From positions 5,704,001-5,768,000 of the forward strand of contig NC_086098.1 in assembly GCF_963921235.1 (NCBI RefSeq): a DNA stretch of 64,000 nt. Reading direction: 5' to 3'. Source of the DNA: Mobula hypostoma. Lineage: Eukaryota. Shown piece after piece: positions 1 to 12,500 of this stretch; position 1 is the first letter of the stretch, and the number at the start of each line of letters is the position of its first letter. The position numbers and the translations under genes were made by a program. The notes beneath the pieces were generated by a model. The model was not told the DNA's origin and made no database searches. It worked only from the letters and a program-made list of their open reading frames with translations.

Positions 1-470
1 TGGAAAGGGAACAGAGGAGATTTACCAGGATGTTGTCTGGTTTAGAGAGTATGCATTATGATCAGAGATTAAGGGAACTAAGGCTTATTCTTTGGCGAAA
101 AGGAGGATGAGAGGAGACGTGATAGAGGTATACAAGATAATAAGAGGAATAGATAGAGTGGATAGCCAGCGCCTCTTCCCAGGGCACCACTGCTCAATAC
201 ACGAGGACATGGCTTTAAGGTAAAGGATGGGATATTAAGGTTCAGGGGGATATTAGAGGAAGGTTTTTTACTCAGAGAGTGGTTGGTGCATGGAATGCAC
301 TGCCTGAGTCAGTGGTGGAGGCAGATACACTAGTGAAATTTATGAGACTACTAGACGGGTGTATGGAGGAATTTAAGGTGGGGGTTAAATGGGAGGCAGG
401 GTTTGAGGGTCGGCACAACATTGTGGACTGAAGGACTTGTGCTGTGCTGTACTATTCTATTTTCTATGTT
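1..470 (+). mobile_element. CR1 LINE 3' fragment (RT C-terminus + 3' UTR)
   Basis: Encodes ERxQRRFTRM...RRRMRGD-like CR1 C-terminus and ends in a TTCTAT-type tail. Closely similar to 5670-6150. Confidence 0.85.
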
Positions 471-561
471 TACAGAAGATTAACATAATAATTTATAATC
501 TACACCCAGAACACTTCCAAATACCATAGCAGTTCTTTGTACAATGAATGATGTGCTACTT

Positions 562-932
562 GGGTGGTGGGTGGAGATAGGTCCCTACCAGAGGAGGTGT
601 AAGGCACTCCTTCCCTCAGCTAGCCTGCAGGACATCCTTGGGACAGGTGTAATACCTGCTTAGCCTCCCGATCTGGGTCATGTGAAGCTATGGGAGCAGG
701 TGGTGGATGGTCGTATGAGCAGCTGGTGCATATCACAAGTCCTGGTTATGTGACCACTGACACCAGGCAGATAATCTCCAAAGAGTGTTGATAATGGCTG
801 AGTTAATCCATCTCGTAAAAACACTACTCAGAAGAAGTCAATGGCAAACTACTTCTGTAGAAACAGTTGCCAAGAAGAATCATGGTCATGGAATGACTAT
901 ATTCGCCCACATCATATGACACAGCACGTAAT
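562..932 (+). mobile_element. Non-autonomous RTE-related short element (family A, copy 1)
   Basis: Homologous to 37030-37735. Contains GAAGAAGTCAATGGCAAACTACTTCTG...TTGCCAAGAAGAATCATGG, resembling the RTE/BovB AATGGCAACCCACTCCAG motif. Confidence 0.6.
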
Positions 933-1050
933 ATGCTAAACATATTTGTTAAGGCATCTTCTTAATATGCACATTTATAATAGTCTGATAAACAAGTTTA
1001 TCCAACTGGTTCCTCCCGAACTAACCACATTGAATGCTTGTAAAATAGAT

Positions 1051-1377
1051 AATGCAACAGTTCAGGCAATAGGGAAATTGAAGTCAAATCACATACGAAA
1101 AGAGAAATGCAGGACAAAAGAGGGAACATTCAGAAAATCATGTTAAACCTAAAACTAATATTTTAAAATATCAACCAAAATAATTAAATCTAAAATTATA
1201 ACTCTCATTATATTTAATTATCAGAGAGTTGGAGGTTGTCATTAACAAATATTAAATTGTTAAAAGTGCACTTAACCTATTAATTACTAGTACTAATTAT
1301 CTGTAATGCATTTCATTCACATCCACTGCTAAATACACTACCCCATGACATCCAAGATTTGTCAATGGCACAGATAC
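1051..1377 (+). repeat. Diverged ~325-bp direct duplication, copy 1 (copy 2 = 5183-5369 + 6741-6878)
   Basis: AATGCAACAGTTCAGGCAATAGGGAAATTGAAGTCAAATC...TTTGTCAATGGCACAGA recurs at 5183 and resumes at 6741 after CR1 insertions. Confidence 0.85.
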
Positions 1378-1574
1378 ACACAGTGGACACTTTATTAGGT
1401 ACCTTCTGTTCCCAATAAAATGGCCATTGAATATATTTCTGTATGTTTGTCATCTTCTGTTGCTGTAGCCCATCTAGTTCAAGATTTGACGTGTTGTAAG
1501 TTCAGAGATGTTCTTCTGCATACCACCATTGTAACAGTGATTATTTGAGTTACTGTCACCTTCCTGTCAGCTTG

Positions 1575-1850
1575 TGGGCATGTGGCCAAGTGGTTAAGGC
1601 ATTGGACTAGTGACCTGAAGGCCGAGGCAGCGTGTTGTGTCCTTGAACAAGGCACTTAACCACACATTGATCTGCGACGACACTGGTGCCAAGCTGTATG
1701 GGTCCTAATGCCCTTCCCTTGGACAACATCGGTGTCGTGGAGAGGGAAGACTTGCAGCATGGGCAACTGCTGGTCTTCCATACAACCTTGCCCAGGCGTG
1801 TGAAGACTTTCTAGGTGCAGATCCATGGTCTCGCAAGACTAACGGCTGCC
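1575..1850 (+). mobile_element. tRNA-headed CORE-like SINE with RTE-like tail (internally deleted copy)
   Basis: A-box TGGCCAAGTGG, CORE-like GTGTCCTTGAACAAGGCACTTAACC, and TSD (CC)TGTCAGCTTG at 1563-1574 and 1849-1860. Confidence 0.85.
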
Positions 1851-1974
1851 TGTCAGCTTGAACCAGTCTGGCCATTCTCCTCTGACTTCTCTCATTATTA
1901 AAGTGTATTTGCTCACAGAATTGCTGCTCACTAGATTTTTATTTGTTTTTCACTCAATTCTCTGTAAACTCTTA

Positions 1975-4620
1975 TAAGGCCATAAGACAAAGGAGCAGAA
2001 GTAGGCCATTCGGCCCATCGAGTCTGCTCCACCATTTTATCATGAGCTGATCCATTTTATCCTATTTAGTCCCACTGCCCCACCTTCTCACCATAACCTT
2101 TGATGCCCTGGCTACTCAGATACCTATCAATCTCTGCCTTAAATACACCCAATGACTTGGCCTCCACTGCTGCCCGTGGCAACAAATTCCATAGATTCAC
2201 CACCCTCTGACTAAAAAAAATTTTTCGCATTTCTGTTCTGAAAGGGCGCTCTTCAATCCTGAAGTCATGCCCTCTCGTACTAGACTCCCCCATCATGGGA
2301 AACAACTTTGCCACATCCACTCTGTCCATGCCTTTTAACATTCGAAATGTTTCTATGAGGTCTCCCCTCATTCTTCTAAACTCCAAGGAATACAGTCCAA
2401 GAGCGGACAAACATATGTTAACCCTCTCATTCCCGGAATCATTCTAGTCAATCTTCTCTGTACTCTCTCCAACGTCAGCACATCCTTTCTTAAATAAGGA
2501 GACCAAAACTGCCCACAGTACTCCAAGTGAGGTCTCACCAGCACCTTATAGAGCCTCAACATCACATCCCTGCTCCTATACTCTATTCCTCTAGAAATGA
2601 ATGCCAACATTGCATTTGCCTTCTTCACTACCGACTCAACCTGGAGGTTAACTTTAAGGGAATCCTGCACGAGGACTCCCAAGTCCCGTTGCATCTCAGA
2701 ACTTTGAATTCTTTCCCCATTTAAATAATAGTCTGCCCGTTTATGTTTTCTGCCAAAGTGCATAACCATACACTTTCCAACATTGTACTTCATTTGCCAC
2801 TTCTCTGCCCATTCTTCCAATCTATCCAAGTCTCTCTGCAGACTCTCCGTTTCCTCAGCACTACCGGCCCCTCCACCTATCTTCATATTGTCAGCAAACT
2901 TAGCCACAAAGCCATCTATTCCATAATCCAAATCGTTGATGTACAATGTAAAAAGAAGCAGCCCCAACACTGATCCCTGTGGAACACCACTGGTAACCGG
3001 CAGCCAACCAGAATAGGATCCCTTTATTCCCACTCTCTGTTTCCTGCCAATCAGCCAACGCTCTATCTACGTATGTAACTTTCCTGTAATTCCATGGGCT
3101 CTTATCTTGTTAAGTAGCCTCATGTGTGGCACCTTGTCAAAGGCCTTCTGAAAATCCAAATATACAACATCCACTGCATCTCCCTTGTCTAGCCTACTGG
3201 CAATTTCCTCAAAAAATTGTAATAGGTTTGTCAGGCAGGATTTTCCTTTAAGGAATCCATGCTGAGTTCTGCCTATCTTGTCATATGCCTCCAGGTACTC
3301 TGTAACCTCATCCTTGACAATCAACTCCAACAACTTCCCAACCACTGACGTCAAGCTAACAGGTCTATAATTTCCTTTTTGCTTCCTTGCCCCCTTCTTA
3401 AATAGCGGAGTGACATTTGCAATCTTCCAGTCTTCCGGAACCATGCCAGAATCTATCGACTTTTGAAAGATCATCTCTAATGCCTCTGCAATCTCCACAG
3501 CTACTTCCTTCAGAACACGAGGGTGCATTCCATCTGGTCCAGGAGATTTATCGACCTTTAGCCTATTCAACTTCCTGAGTACTTTCTCTGTCGTAATTGT
3601 GACCGCGCACACTTCTCTTCCCTGCCACCCTTGAGTGTCTGGTATCCTGCTGTCTTCCTCAGTGAAGACTGATGCAAAATACTTGTTCAGTTCCTCTGCC
3701 ATCTCCTCATCTCCCATTACAATTTCTCCAGTATCATTTTCTATTGGTCCTATATTTACCCTCACCTGTCTTTTACTCTTTATATACTTGAAAAAGCTTT
3801 TAGTATCCTCTTTGATATTATTTGCTAGTTTCCTTTCATAGATAATCTTTTCTCTCTTAATGACCTTCTTGGTTTCCTTTTGTAAGGTTTTAAAGACTTC
3901 CCAATCCTCTGTCTTCCCACTAATTTTTGCTTCCTTGTATGCCCTCTCCTTAGCTTTAACTTTGGCTTTGACTTCTTTTGTCAACCACGGTTGCATCCTT
4001 TTTCTACTCGAAAATTTCTTCTTTTTTGGAATATACCTGTCTTGCACATTCCTCATTTCTCGCAGAAACTCCAGCCACTGCTGCTCTGCCGCCTTTCCCG
4101 CCAGTGTCTCTTTCCAGTCAACTTTGGCCAGTTCCTCTCTCATGCCACTGTAGTTTCCTTTACTCCACTGAAACACCGACACATCAGATTTCGGCTTCTC
4201 TTTTTCTAATTTCACAGTGAACTCAATCATGTTATGATCACTGCCTCCTAAGGGTTCCTTCACCTCAATCTCTCCAATCACCTCCGGTTCATTACACAAT
4301 ACCCAATCCAGTACAGCCGATCCCCTAGTGGGCTCAACAACAAGCTGTTCTAAAAAGCCATCTCGCAGACATTCTACAAATTCTCTCTCTTGAGATCCAG
4401 TGCCGACCTAATTTTCCCAATCTACTCGCATGTTAAAATTCCCCACAATGATCATAACACTGCCCTTCTGACAAGCCTTTTCTATTTCCAGTTGTAATTC
4501 GTAGTCCACATCCCTGCAGCTGTTTGGAGGCCTGTATATAACTGCCATCAGGGTCCTTTTACCCCTGCTATTCCTTAGCTCAACCCATAAAGGTTCTGCA
4601 TCTTCCGATCCTATATCACG
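1975..4620 (-). mobile_element. CR1 LINE, 5'-truncated, ORF2 (partial APE endonuclease + RT) frameshifted
   Basis: ORFs 3067-4299, 2368-3033 and 2066-2410 carry GSDHN, KSPGPDG, NYRPVSLTS, YLDFQKAFDKV, GVPQGSVLG, KFADN and RPHLEYC. Confidence 0.95.
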
Positions 4621-4714
4621 TCTCAGGAAACTCTCAAGAAGTCAGTAGTTTCTGTAACACTCAAACCACCAACAATTATTCTATGATCAAAGTCATTTAG
4701 ATAGTGCAGGTAGT

Positions 4715-5015
4715 CATATAAAAATATAAAGATAAGCTTTATTTGTCACATTCACATCAAAATATCCAGTGAAATGCATTATTTGTACATTCTGTTCAAT
4801 GTGCTTGGAGCAGTTCACAAGTATCGCCATGCTTCTGGCAAAAACTTAGCATCCCCACAACTTACTAACCCTGATCTGTTCATCATTTTGGAATGTGGGA
4901 GGAAGCCCGCATAATCATGTGGAAAATTTGTAAACTCGGTATAGATGGCTTCAGTAATTGAACCCTGGTCTTCCAATCACTAGTGATGCAAAGTGTTATG
5001 CTAACTGACGTGTCA
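4715..5015 (-). mobile_element. HE1/V-SINE-like SINE, decayed
   Basis: Reverse complement of the V-domain-like TTCCTCCCACATTCCAAA plus a TGACAAATAAAG tail. Confidence 0.55.
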
Positions 5016-5369
5016 CTTTGATCGCATTTCTTCTCCATTCTGATGTTTGCTCTGGGCAACAACTGAACCTCTTGACCATGCCGGCATGTTTTTATGCCTT
5101 GAGTTGCTGCCACGTGATTGTCTGATGAGATACTTGCATTAACAAGCAGACTTACCTCATAAAATGGCCACTGAGTGTAAGTAATGCAAGGATTCAGGCA
5201 ATAGGCAAATTGAAGTCAAATCAGATATGAAAAGACAAATGCAGAAAGAAAGAGGGAACATCCAGAAAGTCATGTTAAACTTAAAACTAATATTTTATAT
5301 CAATCAAAATAATTAAATTTAACATTATAAATCCCATTACATTTGATTTTAAGAGACTTGAAGGTTATT

Positions 5370-6740
5370 CTTCGAGATCATCCACTTTGGAAGGAATAAT
5401 AGAAGAGCAGATTGTTATTTAAATGGTGAAAGATTGCAGCATACTGTTGTGCAGAGGGACTTGGGAGTGCTTGTTCATGAATTGTAAAATGTTGACTTGC
5501 AGGTACAACAGGTTAATAAGAAGGCAAACGGAATGTTGGCCTTCATTGCTCGAGGGATTAAATTCAAGAGTAGGGAGGTCATGCTGCAACTACAGGTTAC
5601 TGGTGAGGCAGCACCTGGAGTACTGTGTCCAGTTCTGGTCGCCTCACTATAGGAAGGATGTGGAAGCATTGGAAAGGGTACAGAGGAGACTTACCAGGAT
5701 GCTGCCTGGTTTAGAGAGTATGGAACATGATCAGAGATTAAGGGAGTTAGGGTTTTACCCTTTGGAGAGAAGGAGGATGAGAGGAGACATGATAGAGATG
5801 TACAAGATAATAAGAGGAATAGATAGAGTGGACAGCCAGCGCCTCTTCCCCAGGGCACCACTGCTCAATACAAGAGGACATGGCTTTAAGGTAAGGGGTG
5901 GGAAGTTCAAGGGGGATATTAGAGGAAAGTTTTTTACTCAGAGAGTTGTTGGTGCGTGGAATGCACTGCCTGAGTCAGTGGTGGAGGCAGATACACTAGT
6001 GAAGTTTAAGAGACTACTAGACAGGTATATGGAGGAATTTAAGGTGGGGGCTTATATGGGAGGCAGCGTTTGAGGGTTGGCACAACATTGTGGGCTGAAG
6101 GGCCTGTACTGTGCTGTACTATTCTATGTTCCATGTTCTATGTTCTAACTATACAGGGTACTGGTGAGGCCGCATCTGGAGTACTGCGTGCAGTTCTGGT
6201 CACCATACTTGAGGAAGGATATCCTGGCTTTGGAGGCAGTGCAGAGGAGGTTCACCAGGTTGATTCCAGGGATGAAGGGGTTAACCTATGAGGAGCGATT
6301 GAGTTGCCTGGGGCTATACTCTCTGGAGTTCAGAAGACTGAAAAGGGATCTTATAGAAACATACAAAACTTTGAAAGGGATAGATAAGATAGAAGTGGGA
6401 AAGTTGTTTCAATTGATAGGTGAGACTAGAACTAGGGGACATTGCCTCAAGATTCAGGGGAGAAGATTTAGGACAGAGATGAGGAGAAACTGTTTTTCCC
6501 AGGGAGTGGTGAATCTCTGGAATTCTCTGCCCAGGGAAGCAGTTGAGGCTTCCTCACTAAATATATTTAAGAAACAGTTAGATAGGTTTTTACATAGTAA
6601 GGGAATTAAGGGTTATGGGGAAAAGGCAGGTAGATGGAGCTGAGTTTACAGACAGATCAACCATGATCTTATTGAATGGCGGGGCAGGCTCGATGGGCCG
6701 GATGGCCTACTCCTGCTCCTATTTCTTATGTTCTTATGTT
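5370..6740 (+). mobile_element. Two nested CR1 3' fragments (inner ~5610-6146 inside outer 5370-6740)
   Basis: ORFs 5423-6073 and 6164-6643 both cover HLEYCVQFWSP...RRxTR...TRGH. Each has its own 3' tail: TTCTATG at ~6120-6146 and TTCTTATG at ~6725-6740. Confidence 0.9.
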
Positions 6741-6983
6741 ATAATTAAAAAGTATTAAATTCTTAAAAGTGGATTTAACCCATCAATTACTATTACTGAT
6801 CATCTGCTATTCATTTAGTTCATATACTCAGCTACGTGCACGATCCCAGAATGTTCAATATTTGTCAATGGCACAGACATCAGTTAAAGACTTAGTTTTA
6901 AACTCAACTAACAGCTGCTCTTCAATACTCCCTTATAATGGTTCAGCTGCTCTTTAGCAGAAATTGCTCTAATATATGAAATA

Positions 6984-7451
6984 TACTCGGTGGCCACTTT
7001 ATGAGATGCAGGAGTGGTTCTCAGTCTGGCCTTCTGCTGTTGTAGCCCAGCCACTTCAAAGCTTAGAGATGCTCTTCCGCACATCACTATTGCAACAAAT
7101 AGCTACTTGAGTTACTGTCACCTTCCTGTCAGATTGAACCAGTCTCCCATTCTTCTCTGACCTACATCATTCTCTGTAAACTCGTGGGACAGTTGTACAT
7201 GAAAATCCCAGGAGATCAGCAGTCTCTGACATACCCAAACAACCCCGCTTGTCACCAACAATCATCCCCCAGTTAATGACATGTAGATCTCATTTCTTCC
7301 TGATTTTGATGTTTGCTCTGAAAAACAAATGAACCTCTTGACCACATCTGCATGCTTTTATGCATTGAGTTGTTGTCACATGACTGGCCCATTAGATGTT
7401 TGCGTTAATGAACTGGTGGCCAAGTGTACTTGTTGTAATGGTCAATGAGTG
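6984..7451. mobile_element. Tc1/mariner-type MITE, uninterrupted copy
   Basis: TA|TACTCGGTGGCCACTTTAT ... ATGGTCAATGAGTG|TA. Body homologous to 1445-1970/5020-5177, 13090-13810 and 39360-39640. Confidence 0.75.
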
Positions 7452-7499
7452 TAATTAGCAGTGAATGTCATTGTTATTTTGACACCAATTGTTTTCACC

Positions 7500-8160
7500 A
7501 ATAGAATCATAGAAAAATACAGCACAGAAACAGGCCCTTCAGCCCATCTAGTCTGTGCAGAACCATTTAGACTGCCTAGTCCTATTGACCTTCAGCTGGA
7601 CCATAGCCCTCCAGACCCCTCCCATCCATGTACCTAGTCAAGCTACCCTTAATTGTTGAAATCAAGCTCGAGTGTACCACTTTTACTGACAGCTCATTCT
7701 ACACTCCCACAATCCTCTGAGTGAAGAAGTTTCCCCTCATGTTCTCCTTAAACATTTCACCTTTTACCCTTAACCCATGACCTCTGGTTGTAGTCCCAGA
7801 ACCTCTGTGGAAAAAGCTTCCTTGCATTTTCCCTATCTATACCCTTCATAATTTTGTATACTTCCATCAAATCTCTCCTCAATCTTCTATGTTCTAAGGA
7901 ATAAAGTCTTATCTTTGCTTATAATTCAAGTCCTCCAGACCCGGCAAAATCCTTGTAAATTTTCCCTGTACTCTTTCAACCTTGTTTACATCTTTCATGT
8001 AGGATAGGTGACTAAAACTGCACACAATATTCCAAATCAGACTTCACCAATGTCTTACACAACTACAAAAGACATCCCATCTCCTGTAGTCAGAACTTTG
8101 ACTGATGAAGGCCAATGTGCCCAAAGCTTTCTTTACTAACCTGTCTACCTGTGACGCCAA
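7500..8160 (-). mobile_element. CR1 LINE 3' fragment, decayed
   Basis: Reverse complement of a CR1 tail (ATAGAATCATAGAA...ACAGGCCCTTCAGCCC) plus remnants of the TRGH and VQFWS motifs. Confidence 0.8.
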
Positions 8161-8467
8161 TGTTCAATTTTTGTAAGTTGCTTGCATTCATTTTCTGACC
8201 GTAATTTCAGAATTAATCAGAACAGGGGAGACTGTTAGGAATATGCAAAGTAATTTTCTAAATCACCACTGTAGCAGATTGGAGAGTACTTCACAATATC
8301 ATGCCTGACCAGAGACAGTGTAAATCTGCTTAAACTAATTAATTTAAACTTGAAGTTGAAGTGATTGTGTTAAAAGAAACAAATAGTAGATATTTAAAAT
8401 AAGGTTTTAAACAAAATGGAAGCAATTTTGTGAGGTGAATATCCTGGTAAAAATGAAATGGCCTAAA

Positions 8468-8730
8468 AGACCACAAGACCATAAGGCATAGGAGGAGGAT
8501 TAGGCCATTCGGTTTATCAGTTCTATTCTATCATGGCTGATTTATTATCTTTTCACATTAATTCTCCTGCCTTCTCCCTGTTACTTTTGACACTGTTACT
8601 AATCAAGAACCTATCAACAACTGCTTTGCCCTCCACTGCTGTTTGTGACAAATGAACTCCACAGATTCACCACCCATTGGCTGAAGAAACTGCTCCTCAT
8701 CTCTGCTCTACAGGGACGTCCTTGTGTTCC
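8468..8730 (-). mobile_element. CR1 LINE short 3' fragment
   Basis: AGACCATAAG tail, TTAGGCCATTCGG stem and CCACAGATTCACCAC (reverse complement of VVNLW). Confidence 0.75.
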
Positions 8731-9444
8731 GATGAATGGAGAAACAGAAGCAAATTAGAGAAGGGGAAAATTTAAAATTCAAATAGAGCAAATATTCTGG
8801 ACATTACCTGGAGAGCTGCCCTGCTCTCAAGCTCTGCAAATGTCACACAGAACTCTCCGTGCTGCCTGAGGTTCAGTGCTGCATTCAACATATAGACTCA
8901 AAATTCAATATCCTTCATTGTCATTCTTCAGTACTCCAGAGGTGACGCGGCAAATAAAAAACACAATAAATATAAATATACAAACAATCATACAAGCACA
9001 ATGGCCGTATGTGCCTAAGATCAGCTAGTATATATATATAGACAGATTGTGTGTGGGTAAAGTGACAGTAGGCGCAGGAGAATCGAACATAAGGTGACAC
9101 TGACAGAAAACAATAACGTGACAAAGTTCACTAGTTGCAGAGGTATGCGAGTTACTTAACAGCCACGCACGTAGGATGTGTATGTTGGTGGTCCAATTAA
9201 TCATTATTAATGACTCTTTAATAGACCTTTAATGAAAAGAGAAATAATAATAGTTGAAAGCTGAAACATATTCTTTTCCAAAAGATAAACACTTGATCAA
9301 CTAAAGAAGCCAAAGCAATGTTTATCAGCAGTGTTAAGATAGCAATTTATCGGCCTTTTGTTCCCCTACAATGAATTCACTAGCACACCTCTTTTCTCTA
9401 TATTCTTATTCAAACAGCAATGTGTTATCAGACTGGACAGTCTG

Positions 9445-9501
9445 CACTCAGTGGCCAGTTTATTAGGTACCTCCTGTACCTCATAAAGTGACCACATAGT
9501 G
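9445..9501. mobile_element. 57-bp TIR-only derivative of the MITE
   Basis: CACTCAGTGGCCAGTTTATTAGGTAC-CTCCT-GTACCTCATAAAGTGACCACATAGTG, an imperfect palindrome followed by TA. Confidence 0.7.
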
Positions 9502-9502
9502 T

Positions 9503-12500
9503 ACAGAAACACAGAAAACCTACAGCACAATACAGGCCCTTCAGCCCACAAAGCTGTGCCGAACATGTCCTTACCTTAGAACTACTTAGGCCTTACTCAT
9601 AGCCCTCTATTTTTCTAGGCTCTATGTAGATGTCCAGGAGTCTCTTAAAAGATCCTATCGTATCCGCCTCCACCACAGCCACCGGCAGCCTATTCCACGC
9701 ACTCACCACTCTCTACGTAAAAATACTTACCACTGACATCTCCTCTGTACCTACTTCTAAGCACCATAAAACTATGATCTCTCATGCTAGCCATTTCAAC
9801 CCTGGGGAAAAGCCTTTGACTATCCACATGATCAATGCCTCTCATTATCTTGTACACCTCTATCAGGTCACCTCTCATCCTCCGTCGCTCCAAGGAGAAA
9901 AGGCCGAGTTTACTCAACCTATTCTCATAAGGCTCCCCAATCCAGGCAACATCCTTGTAAATCTTCTCTGCACACTTTCTATAGTTTACACGTCCTTCCT
10001 ATAGTGAGTGAACAGAATTGAGCACAGTACTCCAAGTGGGGTCTGACCAGGGTCCTATATAGCTGCAATATTACCTCCTGGCTCTTAAACTCAATCCCAC
10101 GATCGACGAAGGCCAATGCACCGTATGCCTTCTTAACCACAGAGACAACCTGCGTAGCAGCTATCAGTGTCCTATCTAATCCTCCACACTGCCAAGAGTC
10201 TTACCATTAATGCTATATTCTGCCATCATATTTGACCTACCAAAATGAACCACCTCACACTTATCTGCGTTGAACTCCATCTGCCACTTCTCAGCCCCGT
10301 TTTGCATCCTATCAATGTCCTCCATACTATCCACGACACCCCTAACCTTTGTGTCATCAGCAAATTTACCAACCCATCCCTCCACATCCTCATCCAGGTC
10401 ATTTATTAAAAATCACAAAGAGGAGGGGTCCCAGAGCAGATCCCTGAGGCACACCACTGGTGACCGACCTCCATGCAGAATATGACCCGTCTACAACCAC
10501 TCTTTGCCTTCTGTGGGCAAGCCAGTTCTCGATCCACAAAACAATGTCCCCTTGGATCCCATGCCTCCTTACTTTCTCAATTAGCCTTGCATAGGGTACC
10601 TTATCAGATACCTTGCTAAAATCCATACGCACTATTTCTACGGCTTTACCTTCATCAATGTGCTTAGTCACATCCTCAAAAAAATCAAGCAGGCTCATAA
10701 GGCACGACCTGCCTCTGACAAAGCTATTCTGACTATTCCCAGTTGAATTATGCCTCTCCAAATGTTCATAAATCCTGCTTCTCAGGATCTTCTCCATCAA
10801 CTTACCAACCACTGAAGTAAGACTCACTGGCCTATAATTTCCTGGGCTATCTCTACTCCCTTTCTTGAATAAGGGAACAACATCAGCAACCCTCCAATCC
10901 TCTGGAACCTCTCCTGTCCTCATTGATGCTGCAAAAATCATTGCCAGAGGCTCAGAAATCTCCTTCCTCACCTCCCACAGTAGCCTGGGGTATATCCCAT
11001 CCGGTCCCAATGACTTATCCAACTTGATGCTTTCCAAAAGTTCCAGCACATCCTCTTTCTTAATATCTACATTCTCAAGCTTTTCAGTCCACTGCAAGTC
11101 ATCCCTACAATCGCCAAGATCTTTTTCTGTAGTGAATACTGAAACAAAGTATTCATTAAGTACGTTCGCTATTTCCTTTGGTTCCATACACACTTTTCCA
11201 CTGTCACACTTAGGGGTGTTGTGGTCCTATGCTCTCAAGTTTTATCCTTTTGCTCTTCATATACTTGGAGAATGCCTTGGGGTTTTCCTTAATCCTGCCC
11301 GCCAAGGCCTTCTCATGGGCCCTTTTGTCTCTCCTAATTTCATTCTTAAGCTTCTTCCTGCTAGTCTAGATTCTTCTAGATTCATATCATTACCTACTTT
11401 TTGGAACCTTTTGTAAACTCTCCTTTTCTTCTCGACTAGGTTTACAACAGCCTTTGTACACCACGATCTTGTACCCTACCATCCTTTCCATGTCTCATTG
11501 GAACGTACCTATGCAGAACCCCACGCAAATATCCCCTGAACATTTGCCACATTTCTTTGGTGCGTTTCCCTGAGAACAACTGTTTCAAATTTATGGTTCC
11601 AAGTTTCTGCCTGATAGCTTCATATTTCCCCTTACTCCAATTAAACGATTCCTTAACTTGTCTGTTCCTATCTCTCTCCAATGCTGTGATAAAGGCGATA
11701 GAATCGTGATCATTATCTCCAAAATGCTCTCCCACTGAGAGACCTGACACCTGACCAGGTTCATTTCCCAATCCCAGATCAAGTACAGCCTCTCCTCTTG
11801 TAGGATTATCGACATATTGTGCAGGATACCTTCCTGAACTCACCTAACAAACTCCACCCCATCTAAACCCCTCACTCCAGGGAGATGCCAATCGATATTT
11901 GGGAAATTAAAATCTCCCACAACAACAACCCTGCTATTATTACCCCTTTTCAGAATCTGTCTCCCTATCTGCTCCTCGATGTCCCTGTTACTATTGGGTG
12001 GTCTATAAAAAACACCTATTATAGTTATTGACCCCCCTCCTATTCCTAACTTCCACCCAGAGAGATTCCATAGACAACCCCTCCATGACTTCCTCCTTTT
12101 CTGCAGCCGTGACACTATCTCTGATCAACTGTGTCATGCCCCCACCTCTTTTTCCTCCTTCCATATCCTTTTTGAAACATCTGAAGCCTGGCACTAGAAA
12201 TAGCCATTCCTATCCCTGCACCATCCAAGTCTCTGTAATGACCACAACATCATAGTGCTGATTCATGGTCTAAGTTCATCCGCTTTATTCATGATACTCC
12301 TTGCATTAAAGTAGACACATCTCAAACCATCGGACTGAGCGCGTCCCTTCTCTATCACCTGCCTATCCTCCCTTTTGCACAGTCTCCGAACTTGTTCTAT
12401 TTGTGAGCCAACCTCCCTTTCCTCCATCACTTCAGTTCGGTTCCCACTCCCCCAGCAATTCTAGTTTAAACTCTCCCCAATAGCCTTAGCAAACCTTCCC

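Larger units (their letters stand above)
1378..5177. mobile_element. Tc1/mariner-type MITE split by nested insertions (SINE 1575-1850, CR1 1975-4620, SINE ~4715-5015)
   Basis: TIR-like ends CACACAGTGGACACTTTATTAGGTAC / ACCTCATAAAATGGCCACTGAGTG flanked by TA. The body matches the uninterrupted copy at 6984-7451. Confidence 0.75.

Noticed and set aside
8805..8880. Possible minus-strand exon (LNLRQHGEFCVTFAELESRAALQ|GTAATG)
   Set aside because: Weak acceptor, no recognisable homology and no partner exons.
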